Source: an archaeon
Lineage (GTDB): Archaea > Asgardarchaeota > Thorarchaeia > Thorarchaeales > Thorarchaeaceae
Assembly (NCBI GenBank): GCA_024276825.1
Contig: JAJRWI010000011.1
Location: 1 to 17,253 of the forward strand
Length of the DNA: 17,253 nucleotides
Direction: 5' to 3'
The notes below the pieces were generated by a model, which was not told the DNA's origin, made no database searches, and saw nothing but the letters and a program-made list of their open reading frames with translations. Numbering within the stretch: position 1 is the stretch's first letter; the number at the start of each line of letters is the position of its first letter. Positions 13,552 to 17,253 of this stretch are shown in pieces. The translations under genes and the position numbers were made by a program.

Positions 13552-15894
13552 TTACTCACCTCCAGTAAAGACCTGCTCCTTAAGCAGGGTGGGATCTGGA
13601 ATAGGCCGTTCCTTCCATTTGTTCTCCTTCATCTGAGCAAGTATCTTGTCCTTTAATGTGATTGGAATGTCAGATTCACGGCGCACATATTTCCAGACAT
13701 CTTCTGGGAAGTAGCCCATGTATTTTTCATGCAAGTCCACATAATGGCTCAGCTTGATGGCTCTGCCTTTACTTGTGTCATTAGGACGTATACATAATTT
13801 GGCAGTGAGCACATTTGCCTCGGCCACGGTTTCTGCAGCATAGAAGAGATGCTCAGGACCGGGAGCGGTGTACACACGTTCACCCGTGCGGGCATCATAG
13901 ACCATCCAATCTTGATCACGGTCTGCTCTTCCTAATAACATCCTTCTGTATTTTGATCCATGTGGGCCCACAATGACAGGAACTCCGAGCCGCCAGAAGC
14001 CTGCAGCAATTGAAGCAGCCTTTTGAGACATGGCGCCCCATGATATGCCAACAGCACCAACTCTGTTGTGGATGTAATCAGCAATTTCTGCATAATTTCC
14101 TCGCAGGTTTCTCTTTGCAAATATGGCTGCGATCTTTATAGCAGCTCCTGCAATATGAGAGTTGGCAACACATGACCCTACATTGACAACACATCCCGCA
14201 TCGAACTCGCCACTTCTTCGTTCATAGATTGTCTGACCATTCTCATCCTTGATGAACCCAGCAGACATTGCTGCGCAGCCAGAGGTCACTACTATGAATC
14301 GCCTTTTGGCAAACTCTTCAGCCATATCATGAACATCTTGTCCTCCACCCGGATAGTTCGCACAACCAACGTGAGCAATTATGCCCGGAATCTCGCCAAA
14401 GACAATAGGTTGACCAACTCTTCGAATCTCAGTATCCTGAATGGCACCGCGTCCCGTTCTTACTATGAATTTTTCATTCTCGCATATCTTTTGAGAGACT
14501 GCAACCATCCATGTATGAAGTTCAAAATCATTTGGACATGCGGCCTCGCATCTGGCGCAGCCAATACAGTTCTTGAACACATCACGGAGAGGCTGCATGT
14601 TTCCACTCTGAGCCGCTAGCACTGCCTCTTGCACATTCAAACTATTGGGACAGGCACGGACACATTCCATGCACTTCTGACAGTCCTGCGCCAGTTGTTG
14701 GATTTTTTTGGCACTTGGAAAGTATCGCTTCTTCCTTCTAACAGGTTTGACCGCCAATGCTACTCGTGTTGCCACCTCACCAACCTTATGGGGATCAGAA
14801 ATGTAGGCACCCGGAATTTTTCCTGATACAATCTCTTCAACAATCGAGTCAATAGAATCGTCAGTTCTATCAGGCAGCCCCATTACAGCTTTATCACTCG
14901 TAGAAATCACAGGCGAGCCTACTTTTTTCGCCTCAGTGACCACATCTGTTCGAATACATTGAGCATCAACAACAATGACATCCGCTTTGCCACTCCTGAT
15001 AAATCGGAGTTGCCATGAAATTGGCCCAATGACTTTGGCCTTGGGGTCATGTCTTGTGATGTCCCAAGCAGTGCAACATATACCCCCTACTTCGACTTGG
15101 TCGTTCAGCTTGTTCTCTGTGATATAATCAGTTATGAATGATGCAGGAACAACATTATGCCCAATTGTGAGAATGATTGCTTTGTTTGTGTCCATCATCC
15201 CAAACCCAGATTCCACCAGCGGGGCATCAGGGTCAGCTTGGGGCATTCCCAAAGTTGATACTTGAACTAAATCAGCGATCTCCATAGAGAGCTGATCTAT
15301 CATTCCGGTATGAAACACCTTACTCTCAAAGTCCATCCAACTGCCTTCCTGTCCTGTGTGAGTTGCGGACATGGTGTGTGTCAGTTGACTCTCACAATAG
15401 TCAAGGATGATACTGGCATCTTCCAAGGTTCGAGGACGCATTCCCGTCACAAGTCGTGAGACAGGCGCGTGAATCTCAGTGCCAGGTCCTTGAATCAACT
15501 TTGTTCGGGGACCATATTCTTCTATCAGATGTTCCACAAGATGTCTTGCATGAGCAAGATGTGCGGAGCATCCCATGTTGGCCGCTATAAGAACAATCCT
15601 TGCCTGTTGTCCTTTCATATCAAGACCGCAAGCCCCTCGTTTATCACCCGAAAGGTCGCACTTTCCAAATGTACAAAGGCAACACACTTGACAATATGGC
15701 ATGTACGAGGGCTGATATTTTGTCAGTAGCTTGTAGTCCCATGATCGCAATGTTGTAGGACCGGGCATTGGCGTTGGACCCATGGGTTCATCCCATTCGT
15801 CATCAACGATTTGACCAATCCTAACCTCAAGCCCCTTGAAAAGACCAAAACTCGTTTCGGCCTCATCGGCTTTTATATAGGCTTTCTTTTTCAT
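13552..15894 (-). CDS. cdhA: ACDS alpha subunit (archaeal-type Ni-CO dehydrogenase)
   Basis: Motifs MGPTPMP, CQVCCLCTFGKC..GACG, HTGQEG, GHN, GICCT, two extra Fe-S motifs CQKCMECVRACP and CIGCARCEAACP, then GCAN, GSCVAN and WGAMSQKA. Probable start is ATG 15894 (MKKKAY; the track starts at 15939). Confidence 0.95.
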   Translation of the reverse strand: MKKKAYIKADEAETSFGLFKGLEVRIGQIVDDEWDEPMGPTPMPGPTTLRSWDYKLLTKYQPSYMPYCQVCCLCTFGKCDLSGDKRGACGLDMKGQQARIVLIAANMGCSAHLAHARHLVEHLIEEYGPRTKLIQGPGTEIHAPVSRLVTGMRPRTLEDASIILDYCESQLTHTMSATHTGQEGSWMDFESKVFHTGMIDQLSMEIADLVQVSTLGMPQADPDAPLVESGFGMMDTNKAIILTIGHNVVPASFITDYITENKLNDQVEVGGICCTAWDITRHDPKAKVIGPISWQLRFIRSGKADVIVVDAQCIRTDVVTEAKKVGSPVISTSDKAVMGLPDRTDDSIDSIVEEIVSGKIPGAYISDPHKVGEVATRVALAVKPVRRKKRYFPSAKKIQQLAQDCQKCMECVRACPNSLNVQEAVLAAQSGNMQPLRDVFKNCIGCARCEAACPNDFELHTWMVAVSQKICENEKFIVRTGRGAIQDTEIRRVGQPIVFGEIPGIIAHVGCANYPGGGQDVHDMAEEFAKRRFIVVTSGCAAMSAGFIKDENGQTIYERRSGEFDAGCVVNVGSCVANSHIAGAAIKIAAIFAKRNLRGNYAEIADYIHNRVGAVGISWGAMSQKAASIAAGFWRLGVPVIVGPHGSKYRRMLLGRADRDQDWMVYDARTGERVYTAPGPEHLFYAAETVAEANVLTAKLCIRPNDTSKGRAIKLSHYVDLHEKYMGYFPEDVWKYVRRESDIPITLKDKILAQMKENKWKERPIPDPTLLKEQVFTGGE

Positions 15895-15944
15895 TTTGTT
15901 CCTGTCCCTCGAGTTATCAATGTATTTTCGGGTTAACATATATC

Positions 15945-15959
15945 CATAATAAAGTTATG
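15945..15959 (-). promoter_or_regulatory. Putative cdh operon TATA box overlapped by a palindrome
   Basis: Minus strand CATAACTTTATTATG contains TTTATTAT and is a CATAA-N5-TTATG palindrome, about 50 nt upstream of the cdhA start. Confidence 0.4.
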
Positions 15960-15978
15960 AAAATCCAAAGAACTAATG

Positions 15979-15992
15979 AAAAAAATGAAAAA
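15979..15992 (-). terminator. Possible oligo-T archaeal terminator after cooC
   Basis: Minus-strand TTTTTCATTTTTTT about 95 nt downstream of the cooC stop and upstream of the putative cdh promoter. Confidence 0.3.
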
Positions 15993-16085
15993 GTTCATAC
16001 ATTAGCCTAATAGTCACTATCAAATCTGAACATAGGCAAAAGGGGTTCAATCTTAGGATGAATAAGCATGGCTTTTCTCGTGAGT

Positions 16086-16883
16086 TTAAGAGATAAGATT
16101 CACCAATGCGTCTTTAGCTTCTTTTATAATTAGCATACCAGGGGACTGATCATCAAGGTCAATTGGTGCTATTCCTTTTCTATCGGCCGCGCGAATTGTT
16201 TCATCAAGCGGAACCAATCCAAGAAGAGGGATATTCTCACCATCAACCCGTTTTCGAATCATGTCTTCATCTTCTTGTGATACCACTTTATTGCCAATCG
16301 CAAAAACACGACCAATATCAATGTCTTCTGCAAGCGTTTTTATTCGTGCCATGATGTCAAGAGACCTCATTCCTGGCTCGACAACCACAATCAATGCGTC
16401 CATTCCTCTAGTGGTTCCTCTACCAAGATTTTCAAGACCAGCATCCATATCCATAACAAAGGCCTCATCAGTACCAATAACAAGATGCCGCATCAACGAT
16501 TTCAGAAGAGTTGCAGAAGGACACATACATCCAGAGCCTCCGGTGTCGACAGTTCCTGCAACAAGCAGAAAGACATTATCTGGTCCAGGAACTGCAAACT
16601 TGTCCACAAGATCATCCACTTTTGGATTTAATTTGAAAACGCCAGTTGAGGTCGGTCCGATTTCCTTGAGTTGTAATCTCTCTTCAACGAGCTCTTTGTT
16701 TTCTGTAAGAGGAACAAGGGTTTCAGCAACGTTTCTCGGAATACCAATCGCTGACCATAAGGTGCATGCGGGATCAGCATCAACAGCCACTATTCTCATG
16801 CCATCGCGGCCAAGCAATCGCGCGAATGTGCCTGCAATGGTTGTTTTTCCAACCCCACCCTTTCCAGCTATTGCAATTTTCAA
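16086..16883 (-). CDS. cooC: CooC-type nickel-insertion ATPase (probably the CO dehydrogenase maturase)
   Basis: Motifs MKIAIAGKGGVGKTT, DADP, FKLNPKVDD, GSGCMCP and DMDAGLENLGRGT; TTG start preceded by AGGAG. Confidence 0.9.
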   Translation of the reverse strand: MKIAIAGKGGVGKTTIAGTFARLLGRDGMRIVAVDADPACTLWSAIGIPRNVAETLVPLTENKELVEERLQLKEIGPTSTGVFKLNPKVDDLVDKFAVPGPDNVFLLVAGTVDTGGSGCMCPSATLLKSLMRHLVIGTDEAFVMDMDAGLENLGRGTTRGMDALIVVVEPGMRSLDIMARIKTLAEDIDIGRVFAIGNKVVSQEDEDMIRKRVDGENIPLLGLVPLDETIRAADRKGIAPIDLDDQSPGMLIIKEAKDALVNLIS

Positions 16884-16889
16884 CTTGGA

Positions 16890-17253
16890 TCAGTTCTCCT
16901 TTTTAATAGCATTGCCAAGCCTCTTGAGTACATCCAGCATTGTAGACTCAACATTATCTACAAAGGATGGACCCTGCAATTTCATTGAAACCATATCTAT
17001 TCGTTCCATGGACTTTCCTGACTCAAGAAAGGTGTCAGGGACTTGAATGAATACATCTGCAAAATGACTACAAAGCGAACTTGGATACCCTATATAGATC
17101 ATTTTGGTTTTTGCAAGCGCACGAGCTGCGGGGCCTGGAATCATAGCAAGCACATCATCACCCAGAATTAAAGAAACAGAGAAATCATCCTGCACAAGCT
17201 TGCTTAAGGCAGTTGCTGAAGGCTCATGATTTCCCGTTCCAGAAGAATAGTCA
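16890..17253 (-). CDS. C-terminal part of a formylmethanofuran dehydrogenase subunit B (FwdB/FmdB)-like protein, 5'-truncated by the window
   Basis: The frame stays open upstream of the track's GTG start to the window edge (..DYSSGTGNHEPSATALSKLVQDD..). The pattern LILGDD.LA..P..A...LAK...I.I....FADVFI.V....LESG.SM.R.D.V resembles a divergent FwdB C-terminus. Confidence 0.5.
   Translation of the reverse strand, partial: DYSSGTGNHEPSATALSKLVQDDFSVSLILGDDVLAMIPGPAARALAKTKMIYIGYPSSLCSHFADVFIQVPDTFLESGKSMERIDMVSMKLQGPSFVDNVESTMLDVLKRLGNAIKKEN

Noticed and set aside
2109-15729. Many 60-170 aa ORFs overlapping the enzyme and cdh genes
   Set aside because: They lie within or largely overlap well-supported genes in other frames or strands and have no recognisable motifs.
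16261-17046. 261-aa plus-strand ORF
   Set aside because: It is antisense to cooC and the FwdB-like gene, Ser/Thr/Pro-rich with no motifs, and typical of a shadow frame.
1-17253. CRISPR arrays, tRNA/rRNA genes, transposases or integrases
   Set aside because: No spaced direct repeats, RNA gene signatures or mobile-element ORFs were seen, and the intergenic gaps are short (under about 200 nt).

Overview
Archaeal, gene-dense window. GAGGTG/GGAGG-type ribosome-binding sites, TTTATTA-type boxes, a TrmB regulator and an archaeal-type ACDS support this. An anaerobic Asgard- or Bathyarchaeia-like host is my inference. Nearly all genes lie on the minus strand. From right to left: a truncated FwdB/FmdB-like C-terminus, cooC, the complete acetyl-CoA decarbonylase/synthase operon cdhA-B-C-D-E, a second cooC/acsF, and an acetyl-CoA hydrolase/CoA-transferase-GNAT fusion. 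Next come a divergent pair (TrmB regulator and a polytopic membrane protein), a Cys-rich HTH regulator, and a translationally coupled cystathionine beta-synthase / cystathionine gamma-lyase pair. The most interesting gene is missing from the ORF track because it runs off the left edge. It is a >420-codon minus-strand ORF (1260 to <1) fusing a class I SAM-dependent methyltransferase to an HgcA-like corrinoid-binding domain with a variant cap helix (GINVWCAARGTHF), followed by the start of a hydrophobic segment. Its position beside reverse-transsulfuration genes and ACDS suggests an uncharacterised SAM-to-corrinoid methyl-transfer system. Candidate operators (a YATAAY-NNN-GTTATR palindrome at both the regulator and cdhA promoters) and a 16-bp inverted repeat were also found.
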